Source of the DNA: an uncultured virus (IMG/VR IMGVR_UViG_3300012347_000031)
Taxonomy: Duplodnaviria > Heunggongvirae > Uroviricota > Caudoviricetes
IMG/VR virus record: IMGVR_UViG_3300012347_000031
DNA length: 64,000 nucleotides
Direction: 5' to 3' (one strand)
A program made the position numbers and the translations under genes. How positions within the stretch are numbered: the first letter of the stretch is position 1; each line of letters opens with the position of its first letter. Positions 36,529 to 46,436 of the stretch are shown piece by piece. The notes below the pieces were generated by a model. That model worked only from the letters and a program-made list of their open reading frames with translations. It did no database searches and was not told the DNA's origin.

Positions 36529-36557
36529 ATTATACATCATACAATCCTGCAAGACAA
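36529..36557 (-). promoter_or_regulatory. sigma70-type promoter
   Basis: TTGTCT-17 bp-TATAAT. Confidence 0.7.
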
Positions 36558-36558
36558 G

Positions 36559-38709
36559 TTACGCTACGATATCAACGAAACGGCTGAGTAGCACACGGCT
36601 TGTACGCTTCACGTTCAAGAAGTTACCGAAGTTCTTTGCAAGACTTCTTGCAGACATNNNNNNNNNNNNNNNNNNNNNNNNNNNNNNNNNNNNNNNNNNN
36701 NNNNNNNNNNNNNNNNNNNNNNNNNNNNNNNNNNNNNNNNNNNNNNNNNNNNNNNNNNNNNNNNNNNNNNNNNNNNNNNNNNNNNNNNNNNNNNNNNNNN
36801 NNNNNNNNNNNNNNNNNNNNNNNNNNNNNNNNNNNNNNNNNNNNNNNNNNNNNNNNNNNNNNNNNNNNNNNNNNNNNNNNNNNNNNNNNNNNNNNNNNNN
36901 NNNNNNNNNNNNNNNNNNNNNNNNNNNNNNNNNNNNNNNNNNNNNNNNNNNNNNNNNNNNNNNNNNNNNNNNNNNNNNNNNNNNNNNNNNNNNNNNNNNN
37001 NNNNNNNNNNNNNNNNNNNNNNNNNNNNNNNNNNNNNNNNNNNNNNNNNNNNNNNNNNNNNNNNNNNNNNNNNNNNNNNNNNNNNNNNNNNNNNNNNNNN
37101 NNNNNNNNNNNNNNNNNNNNNNNNNNNNNNNNNNNNNNNNNNNNNNNNNNNNNNNNNNNNNNNNNNNNNNNNNNNNNNNNNNNNNNNNNNNNNNNNNNNN
37201 NNNNNNNNNNNNNNNNNNNNNNNNNNNNNNNNNNNNNNNNNNNNNNNNNNNNNNNNNNNNNNNNNNNNNNNNNNNNNNNNNNNNNNNNNNNNNNNNNNNN
37301 NNNNNNNNNNNNNNNNNNNNNNNNNNNNNNNNNNNNNNNNNNNNNNNNNNNNNNNNNNNNNNNNNNNNNNNNNNNNNNNNNNNNNNNNNNNNNNNNNNNN
37401 NNNNNNNNNNNNNNNNNNNNNNNNNNNNNNNNNNNNNNNNNNNNNNNNNNNNNNNNNNNNNNNNNNNNNNNNNNNNNNNNNNNNNNNNNNNNGAACCAGA
37501 CCAATCCAACAAGAACATCATACCATGATTCTTACCATGCGGCACTGTTGTGACGCGACGGAACAAGTCGTCATTCAGTTGGTAGCCCCATACCTTCTTC
37601 ATGTCCAGAGAACCAATCTTAGAAGTTTGTGCACGCTTCAACATCTGCGCTGACTTCTTCATCTCGAATTCTTTCACGAGATAGTTCACTGCGCGGACTG
37701 AGTTATTCTTGAATTCGATGTAACTCTTACGAGCCTTCTCATCATCTTCTTTCGCTCTGGTGTATTTACTCAAACGTTTGTCGTTCACGTTCTCCCAAGT
37801 GTCGTGTGTTTCAGACAGGATGCGTTTGTAACCAATAATAGTATCGGCGCGAAACGTCTTATCTAATGTGTAGTATTTGTAGACAGTGTTAGTGTCGGCT
37901 AGTTCTTCCAGCTGCTTGTTGAATGCCTTGTCAGTCGCAGACTCAAGTTCTTCATCAGAAACTTCGTCATTCTCTGGTGCTGGGTTGGTCATTGTCTTAG
38001 TCTGAGCAGCGTCATCTTCTTTATCGACCTGCTCTTGTTCTACGATGTCGTCTTCATCGTCATCATAATCAAGTTCTTCTTGAGCAGCGTCTTCTGCATC
38101 TTTCTTGTCAGCTTCAGTTGGAGCATTAGTAGGTTTATTATTCTTCTTACGCTCAGCAGCTTTCTCTTTAGAGAATTCGTAGATGTCCTTTGACAGCTGG
38201 ATGATCTCGTCGATGCTTTCAGTCTTTTCAGCACGTGCAACGAACACCTTTTCTTCAGGTGTGAATGTGACACCGCACTGGAAGCCAGCTTTGAAGTATA
38301 GGTTGATTTTGTCGATGAGCAACAGATCGTCAAATGATTGAATTTCTTTAACGCCGAAGAAATCACGATCGTTGAGTTGGCGGTATCCTTCGTTCATGCG
38401 CTTGCGCAGACCTGGATACTTGCGTTTGATTAACTTCTCGATGCGCACATCCTCGAGGATGTTCATGTACGAATGAAGTTTTGGGTTGTCTTCGATGGGC
38501 TTGGTGTACTCTTCAGTGGTATAAAGAGCATGAGCCACTTCGTGACCGACAAGCATCTCCTCAATCTCGGGAGTCATGTCTTTCCAAATTGGAAGTGTCA
38601 GCACACGAGACAGAATGTCAAATGATGCAGTGCGTGTTCGTGCACGCACCACAGAGATGTTTTCAGTTGCAAGCAGTCTTGCAGATAGGTCAGATGAATT
38701 GATTTCCAT
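36559..38709 (-). CDS. Metallopeptidase-vWA (CobT-like) partner of the AAA+ ATPase (large N-gap)
   Basis: GHEVAHALYT, NILEDVRIE, acidic linker, and FLLDWSG (start of a MIDAS motif) just before the gap. Confidence 0.8.
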   Translation of the reverse strand: MEINSSDLSARLLATENISVVRARTRTASFDILSRVLTLPIWKDMTPEIEEMLVGHEVAHALYTTEEYTKPIEDNPKLHSYMNILEDVRIEKLIKRKYPGLRKRMNEGYRQLNDRDFFGVKEIQSFDDLLLIDKINLYFKAGFQCGVTFTPEEKVFVARAEKTESIDEIIQLSKDIYEFSKEKAAERKKNNKPTNAPTEADKKDAEDAAQEELDYDDDEDDIVEQEQVDKEDDAAQTKTMTNPAPENDEVSDEELESATDKAFNKQLEELADTNTVYKYYTLDKTFRADTIIGYKRILSETHDTWENVNDKRLSKYTRAKEDDEKARKSYIEFKNNSVRAVNYLVKEFEMKKSAQMLKRAQTSKIGSLDMKKVWGYQLNDDLFRRVTTVPHGKNHGMMFLLDWSGXXXXXXXXXXXXXXXXXXXXXXXXXXXXXXXXXXXXXXXXXXXXXXXXXXXXXXXXXXXXXXXXXXXXXXXXXXXXXXXXXXXXXXXXXXXXXXXXXXXXXXXXXXXXXXXXXXXXXXXXXXXXXXXXXXXXXXXXXXXXXXXXXXXXXXXXXXXXXXXXXXXXXXXXXXXXXXXXXXXXXXXXXXXXXXXXXXXXXXXXXXXXXXXXXXXXXXXXXXXXXXXXXXXXXXXXXXXXXXXXXXXXXXXXXXXXXXXXXXXXXXXXXXXXXXXXXXXXXXXMSARSLAKNFGNFLNVKRTSRVLLSRFVDIVA

Positions 38710-38735
38710 AATTTAGCCTGTGTACAGTAGACTAA

Positions 38736-38764
38736 ATTATACCCCAACTAATCTTGCAAGACAA
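38736..38764 (-). promoter_or_regulatory. sigma70-type promoter
   Basis: TTGTCT-17 bp-TATAAT. Confidence 0.7.
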
Positions 38765-38767
38765 CTC

Positions 38768-40486
38768 TTAGTTTTTAGCCACTACGGAGAAGTCGTTTCG
38801 CTTCTCAAACTTAATGACGCTTCTGAACTTATCGAACAACTGATCGCCCTTGTGAGAGATAACGAAGATGTTTGTGTTCTCTCCGAACTGATTCATAAGG
38901 TTCAAGAAGTAATCAGTACCTGCTGTATCCAAAGACGAGTCGAAGATTTCATCGAGAAGAAGAAGGTTAGTGTTAACTGAGTTCTTCATCTTTGCAATCT
39001 GTCGCCAAGTGAATAGGATTGACAAGTCGATTCGCATCTTCTCACCTTCAGAGAAACTTGCATATGTAAAGTCATCGCGATGACGAGACTTAACGATCTC
39101 GTTGAATCCTTCGTCCAACTCGAAGTGAATGTAAGCATCCATTGCAGTCAGATACTTGTTGATCAACTTGTTCATGATAGGCAAGTACTCGCGAATGATA
39201 GCTGTCTTGATGCCTGTGTCTTTCAACAAAGCATTGGCAACTTCTTCCAAGTTTCTGGATTCTTGAAGAGCAGTTTTCTGATTGATTTTATTCAACGCTT
39301 CTTTGGCTAACTCTTTTAGCTTGCGTTTCTCTTCATCAACGTTCGCAGTGTCAGCCTTAGAAGATTCAATCTCTTCTTGGAGAGTCTTGTTCATCTTGTT
39401 CAACATAGCGATGTTCGCATTGTAAGTTGAGACAGTGATGTTCAAGTCAGTGATTTCTTTCAGAACATTATTGATCGCTGCCAAGTCTGCAGTTAGCTTG
39501 TTCTGAATGTTCTCCATATCAGCGAGACGTTTGTTCTCAAACTCAATCTTAGCTGTCAGTTCTTTGACGATACTTTCCTTATGGGTGTGTGGAATACCCT
39601 GTTCGCAGGACGGGCAAACGCTGTTCTCATTGAAGAATTCGGCATGATGTTCATACTGTTCAACGAGGGAAACCAGCTTAGTTTTAAACCCCTTCGCTTT
39701 TTCAATGTCACTATCAACCTTACTCTTGTTCTCAGTTTGTGATTGGAGTGCGGTAATCTGAGCAAGTGTTTCAGCCACCGTTGTTTCGCTTCGGAGTATT
39801 TCTGAGTTATTAGCTTCGACTTTAGATAGTAAAGACTCAATAGCTTCTGACTTGGCATCGCTAAGAGTTTTAATGAGTAGAGTCTGTCCTTCAACTTTAC
39901 TCTTCGCCATTGTAATCTCTGATTCAATACGCTTAATGGTTTCCTTAGTTTCATTGGACTTTTCTTTCAACAACTGATTCATAGTCGAGAAGATGCGGAT
40001 ATCGAGGATGTCTTCGATAACCTCTCTGCGTTGTGCAGAAGTCAACTGCATGAATGGAACGAACGAGGCTGAGCCCAAGATAACCACTTGCGTGAATGTC
40101 TTGAAGTTTAGTTTAAGAATCTGTTGCTCAAGAACCTTTTGATAATCTTTAGCAGCTGCATCTTGATTGACCATCTCACCGTTCAACCAGATCTCGAACA
40201 CGTTCGGTTTGATACCACGAATGATTTTATACTTCTTTGGACCAATGGAAAACTCAACAGTAACGAGACACTTCTTTCCATTGATGGAGTTTACAAGTTG
40301 TCCCTTGTTGATGTTACGAAATGGCTTACCAAAGAGAGAGAAGCACAACGCATCAAGGATGGTTGACTTTCCCTCGCCATTCTTACCGATGATTAGAGTG
40401 GTTGGTGATTTGTTAAGTAATACCTTGTTAGGTGCGTTGCCTGTGGACAAGAAGTTTGTCCATTCAACGGACTCAAATACAATCAT
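38768..40486 (-). CDS. gp46: Rad50/SbcC-like recombination ATPase (gp46)
   Basis: GKNGEGKST, CPSC hook, FSEGEKMRID, LLDEIFDSSLD and ISHK. Confidence 0.96.
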   Translation of the reverse strand: MIVFESVEWTNFLSTGNAPNKVLLNKSPTTLIIGKNGEGKSTILDALCFSLFGKPFRNINKGQLVNSINGKKCLVTVEFSIGPKKYKIIRGIKPNVFEIWLNGEMVNQDAAAKDYQKVLEQQILKLNFKTFTQVVILGSASFVPFMQLTSAQRREVIEDILDIRIFSTMNQLLKEKSNETKETIKRIESEITMAKSKVEGQTLLIKTLSDAKSEAIESLLSKVEANNSEILRSETTVAETLAQITALQSQTENKSKVDSDIEKAKGFKTKLVSLVEQYEHHAEFFNENSVCPSCEQGIPHTHKESIVKELTAKIEFENKRLADMENIQNKLTADLAAINNVLKEITDLNITVSTYNANIAMLNKMNKTLQEEIESSKADTANVDEEKRKLKELAKEALNKINQKTALQESRNLEEVANALLKDTGIKTAIIREYLPIMNKLINKYLTAMDAYIHFELDEGFNEIVKSRHRDDFTYASFSEGEKMRIDLSILFTWRQIAKMKNSVNTNLLLLDEIFDSSLDTAGTDYFLNLMNQFGENTNIFVISHKGDQLFDKFRSVIKFEKRNDFSVVAKN

Positions 40487-41541
40487 TAAACTACCTCGAT
40501 GTTGACTGCTTCGGTGTATAAACCTCGCATATACGTTTTAATCTTTTCTTTGTCAACGTCAGTTTCAATGGAATCTACATAATGTGCAAGTACTGACAAT
40601 GTGTCTTCAAGGTTGAGTTCTTCAGCGAGTTCACCTTCTTCATATTCAGAGAAGTTCTCGACAACCTTGATATCATGACAACTCTTAGTATACAGCTTCT
40701 GGACGAATTTGTCAAATTTATAGTAGTCGGTTTTATTGACAACGACTAGCTTGACAAACTTACCATTCAGTTCAAGAGCATCTAAGTCGACAGGTTCTTT
40801 ATCTTTGTCGTCGTATTCGATTCGCGCAAACATTGTATAAGGATTTGCAATGAAGTCGAGTCCTCTTGTGTCTGTATCAAACAGGTGGAATCCTCGGGGA
40901 TCATTATAGTCTTGCCACGTGAGTTCATAAGGGTTTCCGAGATAGTGGATGTGACCATTAGAACTACGGTGGTGGTAATGCCCAGAAAAAACCAAGTCAA
41001 ATTTATCAAATATCTTTTTGTCGAGACCATCATGGCTTTCCATTCCTCTGTACATTGCAAACCCAGCGATCTCAAAGTGACCCATACAGATTTGCGCTTT
41101 TGTTTTCTTCATTTCTGCTAGAGAGTCAGCTGCATTCTCTGGACAGATCCACGGCATCATACAGATTGGAGTACCATCAATAACAATCGTTTCTGGTTTA
41201 TCGATAACGTCAATGTTATTGTACTCGCGAAGAAGCAAGTCTGGTGAGTTCACTTCGTTGGTATTCTTGAAGTAGGTATCATGGTTGCCAGCCAGCATGT
41301 GAACACGAATACCTTTTTCTTCCAACTTATCGAAGAACATTCTTTTGGCTCTGTCTAGAGCATAGAAGTTGATGTACTTACGACGATCAAAAGTATCACC
41401 AAGAATAAGAACAGTGGTAACGCCAGCTTGTTCAATAGCAGGAAAAAAGATCGTCTCATAAAACTTCTCGAAGAAATCAAGGAATGCTACGCTGTCATTA
41501 CGAGCACCGAAGTGCTGGTCTGTAATAATGGCTACCTTCAA
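40486..41541 (-). CDS. gp47: Mre11/SbcD-like nuclease (gp47)
   Basis: ITDQHFG, LGDTFD, GNHD and SGHYH. Confidence 0.96.
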   Translation of the reverse strand: MKVAIITDQHFGARNDSVAFLDFFEKFYETIFFPAIEQAGVTTVLILGDTFDRRKYINFYALDRAKRMFFDKLEEKGIRVHMLAGNHDTYFKNTNEVNSPDLLLREYNNIDVIDKPETIVIDGTPICMMPWICPENAADSLAEMKKTKAQICMGHFEIAGFAMYRGMESHDGLDKKIFDKFDLVFSGHYHHRSSNGHIHYLGNPYELTWQDYNDPRGFHLFDTDTRGLDFIANPYTMFARIEYDDKDKEPVDLDALELNGKFVKLVVVNKTDYYKFDKFVQKLYTKSCHDIKVVENFSEYEEGELAEELNLEDTLSVLAHYVDSIETDVDKEKIKTYMRGLYTEAVNIEVV

Positions 41542-42728
41542 AAGAAACCTACCTTTCGTGAAGTCTTAGCAGTTTCAGTTTGCTCAGACTGTTTGTTGAA
41601 CACCTCTGCGATAGAGTACTTATCAGATTCCTTACCACGTTCACGGACAGGCAAGGACACACCAAGTTTGTCTGCGAGTTTGTTCGCTTGTTCAACGTTC
41701 AGTTGATCGAATGTGACGATGTCGAAGCAACGACCTGGACGAATCAAGGCAGAGTCAATGTCTCGAATGCTTGGCAAGTTTGTAGAGAAGATCATCTTCT
41801 TACCTTTGGTTGTGACCAAACCATCACCAACGTTCAAGAAGCGGTGCATCATTGTGTTACCGTCAGAGCGAGACTTCAAGAATGCATCAGAGTCTTCCAA
41901 CACCATAACGTTTGTTTCGTCTTCGATAAAACGAGCGAACAAATAATCCTTCTCAAGGATGTTGGCATCGTATGTTACCATCGCAGAAGAATCTGTGTGT
42001 GACAACAGACCACGAATGAATGTAGTCTTGCCAGTTCCAGGTGGACCAATTAGAAGTAGGATGTTGGCAGAAGATGCCATGAAGCGTTCGTAGTACGAAG
42101 CAAGTGTTTCACCATTGAGGAATGGATACATCTCATCACATGGGAGACGATCACGATTCAATGGGACGTTGACAGAGTTACCATCACCAGAGTAGATCCA
42201 CTCGATGTAAGATGTAACAACGTCGAATTTAGATTCAACCAGTGCAACGATTTCTTCACAGAAGTCTTTGTCGCCGTGGACACGCACAGTTGTAGAACTA
42301 GAGTTCACAGAGTATGTGATGTAGTTGAGTTCTTGTTCCATGATGACGAAGCCAGCAGAAGCAGAACCTTGCACTTGAAGGTCACCATCGAATTGATCTT
42401 CGATCCATGACTTCCATGTTTGGCGATTGGCGAGAACAGTTGTCTCGCGTTGAACAGTTTGCTTACCTTGCGTCACACGTCTCTGAAGAATCTCAGAAGT
42501 GATCAAGTCATCAAAGTCAGAAACGCCGAGGAAAATCTTGTCAGTCATAATATCTTTCTTATTCAAATTGACAGGTGAATCCCACCCATCCCATGTCCAT
42601 GTTTTCAAAGTTCTTTTCTTAGGAGCGCGTCGAGAGACACGACTTCTGCGGTAAGAAGGTCTTGCTATCGCTGGTGCTTGTCCTGTTGCAAGACTATTCA
42701 GTAAGTCCCGTATCGGGTTGTTCGCCAT
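41538..42728 (-). CDS. AAA ATPase (start uncertain: 42728 or 42548)
   Basis: GPPGTGKTT, VLEDSD, FLNVGDG, FSTN and DSALIRPGRCFD. Confidence 0.85.
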   Translation of the reverse strand: MANNPIRDLLNSLATGQAPAIARPSYRRSRVSRRAPKKRTLKTWTWDGWDSPVNLNKKDIMTDKIFLGVSDFDDLITSEILQRRVTQGKQTVQRETTVLANRQTWKSWIEDQFDGDLQVQGSASAGFVIMEQELNYITYSVNSSSTTVRVHGDKDFCEEIVALVESKFDVVTSYIEWIYSGDGNSVNVPLNRDRLPCDEMYPFLNGETLASYYERFMASSANILLLIGPPGTGKTTFIRGLLSHTDSSAMVTYDANILEKDYLFARFIEDETNVMVLEDSDAFLKSRSDGNTMMHRFLNVGDGLVTTKGKKMIFSTNLPSIRDIDSALIRPGRCFDIVTFDQLNVEQANKLADKLGVSLPVRERGKESDKYSIAEVFNKQSEQTETAKTSRKVGFF

Positions 42729-43263
42729 AATCATTCCCATCATTAATAAAGTCGTCAAGATTAACTTGAGTTTTCTTTTTCGCTTTCGCTTTCTTTCGCT
42801 CAATGAATGAATCATCAAACGTCTGATTGTTCTGCATAAACTCTAGGTATGCATTGTGATAGTCACCGTCATCACCTTCTTGTAGTTCAAAGGCTTCAAA
42901 CGGCATATCCTGAATCAGCTTACCTTTAATGTAAGACTGCTTCTTCTCCTTGGCAATTCTACGTAAGAATGCATAGTAGATAATCTGTGTGAAGTATGCA
43001 AACGGGTTGCTGGACTTGTCGGGGTTGAAGTTATCAATGTACTGAATGCAGTTCTCTATACCGTCCAGAATCATGTCATCGCGGTATGAGTAATTGATAA
43101 AGTTTGGTTTGTACGAGAGGTGCGTAGCGATCTTGAGGATACATTCCCCAATGTAGTTACTCAACTGTGGTTTCGGCTTGCCATCTTTGGCTGCTTGTTC
43201 CACATTTTCTCTGTACTCGATCAACGCCTTTAGAAAATCTGCGTTGTTTACGTAATGTGCCAT
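42694..43263 (-). CDS. gp55: Late-transcription sigma factor (gp55)
   Basis: HYVNNADF, NFINYSYRDDMILDGIENC and NPFAYFTQIIYYAFLRRI. Confidence 0.96.
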   Translation of the reverse strand: MAHYVNNADFLKALIEYRENVEQAAKDGKPKPQLSNYIGECILKIATHLSYKPNFINYSYRDDMILDGIENCIQYIDNFNPDKSSNPFAYFTQIIYYAFLRRIAKEKKQSYIKGKLIQDMPFEAFELQEGDDGDYHNAYLEFMQNNQTFDDSFIERKKAKAKKKTQVNLDDFINDGNDYGEQPDTGLTE

Positions 43264-43301
43264 TTAGTATTGTTCCTCTTGTTATTCGAGGCATGACAAG
43301 A

Positions 43302-43330
43302 AGTATACAACAACCACCGCAAAAAGACAA
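43302..43330 (-). promoter_or_regulatory. sigma70-type promoter for gp55
   Basis: TTGTCT-17 bp-TATACT. Confidence 0.65.
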
Positions 43331-43423
43331 GTTTTATTTCTTGCAACATTGCATCGCAGAAAGATTTGCTTTTTTATTTGTCTTGATGTAAAGTTACGGT
43401 GTTAGGGTTGATGATGAGAACGA

Positions 43424-43876
43424 TTAATGTTTCGTATCGTTTCCACTAACGAATGTACTCTTCGGAGTTTCCTCTTCTAACTCGTCATCGAGTTCTTCTC
43501 CAAAGATCTCAGCGAGCATCGCGATCCGTTTCCTCGCCTCTTCTGGCGTCATGCTATCTTGATCTTCAAAATCTGTTGCAGGTCTGAAGTTCTCAGCATG
43601 AGAGTAGTTTTCCACTACTTGCAAGTAATGTGGGATCATCGCGTTCGCGAGTTGCTTAACGAACAGCACGTGTTTCTTATCTAAGATGAATGTTGGGTCT
43701 TTTGTGAACTGACAGAACGGCGTCGTCAAGACATGCTCTTTTCCCTCTGCAACGAGAGGGATAGTTCTAACTGAGATGGGATTGAGTAGCTGAATGTAAT
43801 GCTCATCTTCACTTTCCAAAACTGCCATCAACTCGTCTCCAGAGACCAGTCGCAACACTACATAATATTCTGTCAT
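43424..43876 (-). CDS. Conserved hypothetical protein downstream of uvsW (Sm-like N-terminus suspected)
   Basis: VLRLVSGDELMA resembles the start of 26340-26648. Acidic tail. Confidence 0.55.
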   Translation of the reverse strand: MTEYYVVLRLVSGDELMAVLESEDEHYIQLLNPISVRTIPLVAEGKEHVLTTPFCQFTKDPTFILDKKHVLFVKQLANAMIPHYLQVVENYSHAENFRPATDFEDQDSMTPEEARKRIAMLAEIFGEELDDELEEETPKSTFVSGNDTKH

Positions 43877-45357
43877 AAATTTACTTCCACAAGTTTGAGT
43901 TTAAACTCTTCTTCAGCATAAGTTTTGTAACGCTCTGCAGCGTGATTCAATGTATGATTCTTCCAAGACTTCCAATGCAAGTCGTCAGCGATGTCATACA
44001 AGTTACAAGACGTCTTACCGTCTTTCAATCTCAGACCACGCCCGATTGATTGTAAGTTACGGATTTTACTTTTCGATGGTGATGCAAACACGACATTCTC
44101 GATTGACGGGATGTTAATACCTGTCGAGAACGTGCCATACGATGCAATGATAATCGCATCATTCTCACCCTCTGTGATATGTCTGATTGCTTCGCGGTCT
44201 GCAACATCAGTGCCACCGTAAACAAAAAATACTTTTCGATCTTCGTGTACCTTATCTTTGATAAGTTCGTACAGGACTTTGCCGTGCTTTTCAACGTATT
44301 GAAAAAGAACCAGCGTGTTTCCCTTAGAAGTTACTGCCAAGTTTCGAATAAACTTGTTTCGCTTTTCATTGCTAACAAGCCAATCCATTTCTTCTTGGTA
44401 CGTTTGATTTTTCAGCCCTTTACGAATTTCTTCGGAGTATTTCAGAACCACACACGTTATATTTAGTGTGGTAAGTTTTCCTGAATCCATCAACGCTTTG
44501 GTAGTGGTCACGCGATGCACTGGACCAAAGATACCTTCAAGAACTAACTGGTGCACCTTCTTATTGTCAAGAGTACCAGTTGTGCCAATACGGTAGCGAA
44601 TGCTATCCATCTTCTCCATGACGCCAGTCAATGACTTCGCCTTGAAGTTGTGAGCCTCATCTCCAAACATAACATCAAACTGCCTGAACCAAGACTTGGG
44701 TTGCAGATAGATGGACTGCCATGTAGTGATCAGTACGTCTTTAGAAAAATCTTTGGGGAATCCACTGTACAATTTCTGACAATGATTGCTCACATCAAAA
44801 CCATTCGCAGATGAATAGTCTTCAAAGTCAGCGTACATCTGTTCAACCAATGATGTGGTTGGCACAATAAGAATACACTTACGCTTGTTGTTTAGATGCC
44901 ATCTGATTGTGCTGTAAATGATTAGTGATTTACCAGATGCAGTTGGGGACAGTAGAAGCGTACGCTCTTTGTTGATAGCTGTGTAAATGGCTTCTAGTTG
45001 ATAGTCACGAACTTCGATTGGATTGCCTCTACCACGGAGGTTTAACCATTCAGTGAATTCAGTTAGAGTTGGAATGTCAACATTGACTGTGCCCTGCATA
45101 TCGACTTGAGAGATAAACTCGTAACCGTTGCGTTCGCAGAACTTCTCAACATAATCAACCAAGCCAACGTACAACGTCTTTCTTAGTTGATCATACAAAC
45201 GCACCTTACCATCCCACAAACGTGCTCTGTATTGTGGTGTATACTTTGCGCCTGGATATTCATACGTGAAGAAGTCTGCTAGTTCTTGTTCAACTGATGC
45301 TTCAGAGAACACTCTAACATAAACTTCGTCTAGCTTTTCAATGGTAACTTTAATCAC
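43873..45357 (-). CDS. uvsW: UvsW SF2 helicase
   Basis: SPTASGKS, GDEAH, GTTGT, STGINI and LQSIGRGLR. Confidence 0.96.
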   Translation of the reverse strand: MIKVTIEKLDEVYVRVFSEASVEQELADFFTYEYPGAKYTPQYRARLWDGKVRLYDQLRKTLYVGLVDYVEKFCERNGYEFISQVDMQGTVNVDIPTLTEFTEWLNLRGRGNPIEVRDYQLEAIYTAINKERTLLLSPTASGKSLIIYSTIRWHLNNKRKCILIVPTTSLVEQMYADFEDYSSANGFDVSNHCQKLYSGFPKDFSKDVLITTWQSIYLQPKSWFRQFDVMFGDEAHNFKAKSLTGVMEKMDSIRYRIGTTGTLDNKKVHQLVLEGIFGPVHRVTTTKALMDSGKLTTLNITCVVLKYSEEIRKGLKNQTYQEEMDWLVSNEKRNKFIRNLAVTSKGNTLVLFQYVEKHGKVLYELIKDKVHEDRKVFFVYGGTDVADREAIRHITEGENDAIIIASYGTFSTGINIPSIENVVFASPSKSKIRNLQSIGRGLRLKDGKTSCNLYDIADDLHWKSWKNHTLNHAAERYKTYAEEEFKLKLVEVNL

Positions 45358-45795
45358 TTACATTCCCGCTAAGAATCTCTTCCATTCAACGTGTGTCTTA
45401 ATCTGCCAGTCTCTGGCTTTGATTTGCGTTAGAACAGATTCTAAAAAATAAATCATGGTCTCAAGATAATCAATCTTCACCTTCATTGTATTTAGTTCGT
45501 TGTCGCCTTGTAAGAATTCGTCCATCTCATTCTTAAGTGGCTTGACACCTTGCCACTGCTGCCAACCTAAGTCAGTTAGTTCATCGCGTGACAACTCGCC
45601 ACGATAGTAGCGGAACTTGTTCTTTCGGAGAATGTTATAGTCCGAAGAATACTTTGTGTGTTTGAGTTTAACTCCGACCAGTAGTTTTAAGTACTTAGCG
45701 TGTAGCTTGGGAGTTGCTGTGGCGTATTCGCCGAGGAAGTTTTCATCAATGGAACAGTCGTTGTCCCATTGCTCTTGCAGTTGCTCAATGTTCAT
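45358..45795 (-). CDS. uvsY: Recombination mediator UvsY
   Basis: TPKLHAKYL, YYRG and IKARDWQIK...EWKRFLAG. Adjacent to uvsW. Confidence 0.88.
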   Translation of the reverse strand: MNIEQLQEQWDNDCSIDENFLGEYATATPKLHAKYLKLLVGVKLKHTKYSSDYNILRKNKFRYYRGELSRDELTDLGWQQWQGVKPLKNEMDEFLQGDNELNTMKVKIDYLETMIYFLESVLTQIKARDWQIKTHVEWKRFLAGM

Positions 45796-45833
45796 AATAA
45801 ACTCCAAAGCGCAGATGCCTGCGCGTTACAAAA

Positions 45834-46361
45834 TCAGATAATCTTAAAGTAAGAGTATTTAAAGGTGGCGTTGCCTACGATGTAGTTAACGTCCATAGCT
45901 GTTGCTTCAAAAGGAATACTATCTAGGGATAGTGGGTATAAGTCGTAGAAGACAAAGGTCTTAACGATGTTGTTCTGCGCGTCCAGAACTGAGAGTGCTG
46001 CATCAGAATAGTTTCTCTGTAGCTCAGAGTACATTCCTTCGCTGCTACCGTTCATATTTTTGTATTGGTCATAGCTCTCTGGGAACCCAAGACCGTTAAT
46101 CCAATCAAAGATGGATTTGTAGTTTGCCATTTGTTCATCAATCAAGAACTGAACAGACAATTCACTGAACGTCATAATCTCACCTGGAATTGGGCGATTT
46201 GAGAATGGCGTTGCTTGATCGATGTTACCCAATTGTACAGTGGGTAATGTGACGCGCTGACAGAAGAATGCAACCTCTGGCAGTTTGGTGATTGAGAAAT
46301 TAAACCCGTTAGGTGATAGCGGGTTAATGTTCGATGGTAGGGGACAAGATGTTAGTGCCAT
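45834..46361 (-). CDS. gp3: Tail completion / tube terminator (gp3-like)
   Basis: NPLSPNGF.F...FFCQRVTLP...PG...F.IDE.M.NY. Position after gp23, with ATAAATA upstream. Confidence 0.75.
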   Translation of the reverse strand: MALTSCPLPSNINPLSPNGFNFSITKLPEVAFFCQRVTLPTVQLGNIDQATPFSNRPIPGEIMTFSELSVQFLIDEQMANYKSIFDWINGLGFPESYDQYKNMNGSSEGMYSELQRNYSDAALSVLDAQNNIVKTFVFYDLYPLSLDSIPFEATAMDVNYIVGNATFKYSYFKII

Positions 46362-46380
46362 AATTCTATTTATCCAAATG

Positions 46381-46407
46381 AAAAAGGGGAGACCCGAAAG
46401 TCTCCCC
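46381..46407 (-). terminator. Rho-independent terminator after the major capsid gene
   Basis: GGGGAGAC-tttcgg-GTCTCCCC followed by a T-run. Confidence 0.85.
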
Positions 46408-46436
46408 AAGTACCGCTTCTATGTCGGTATTACCGA

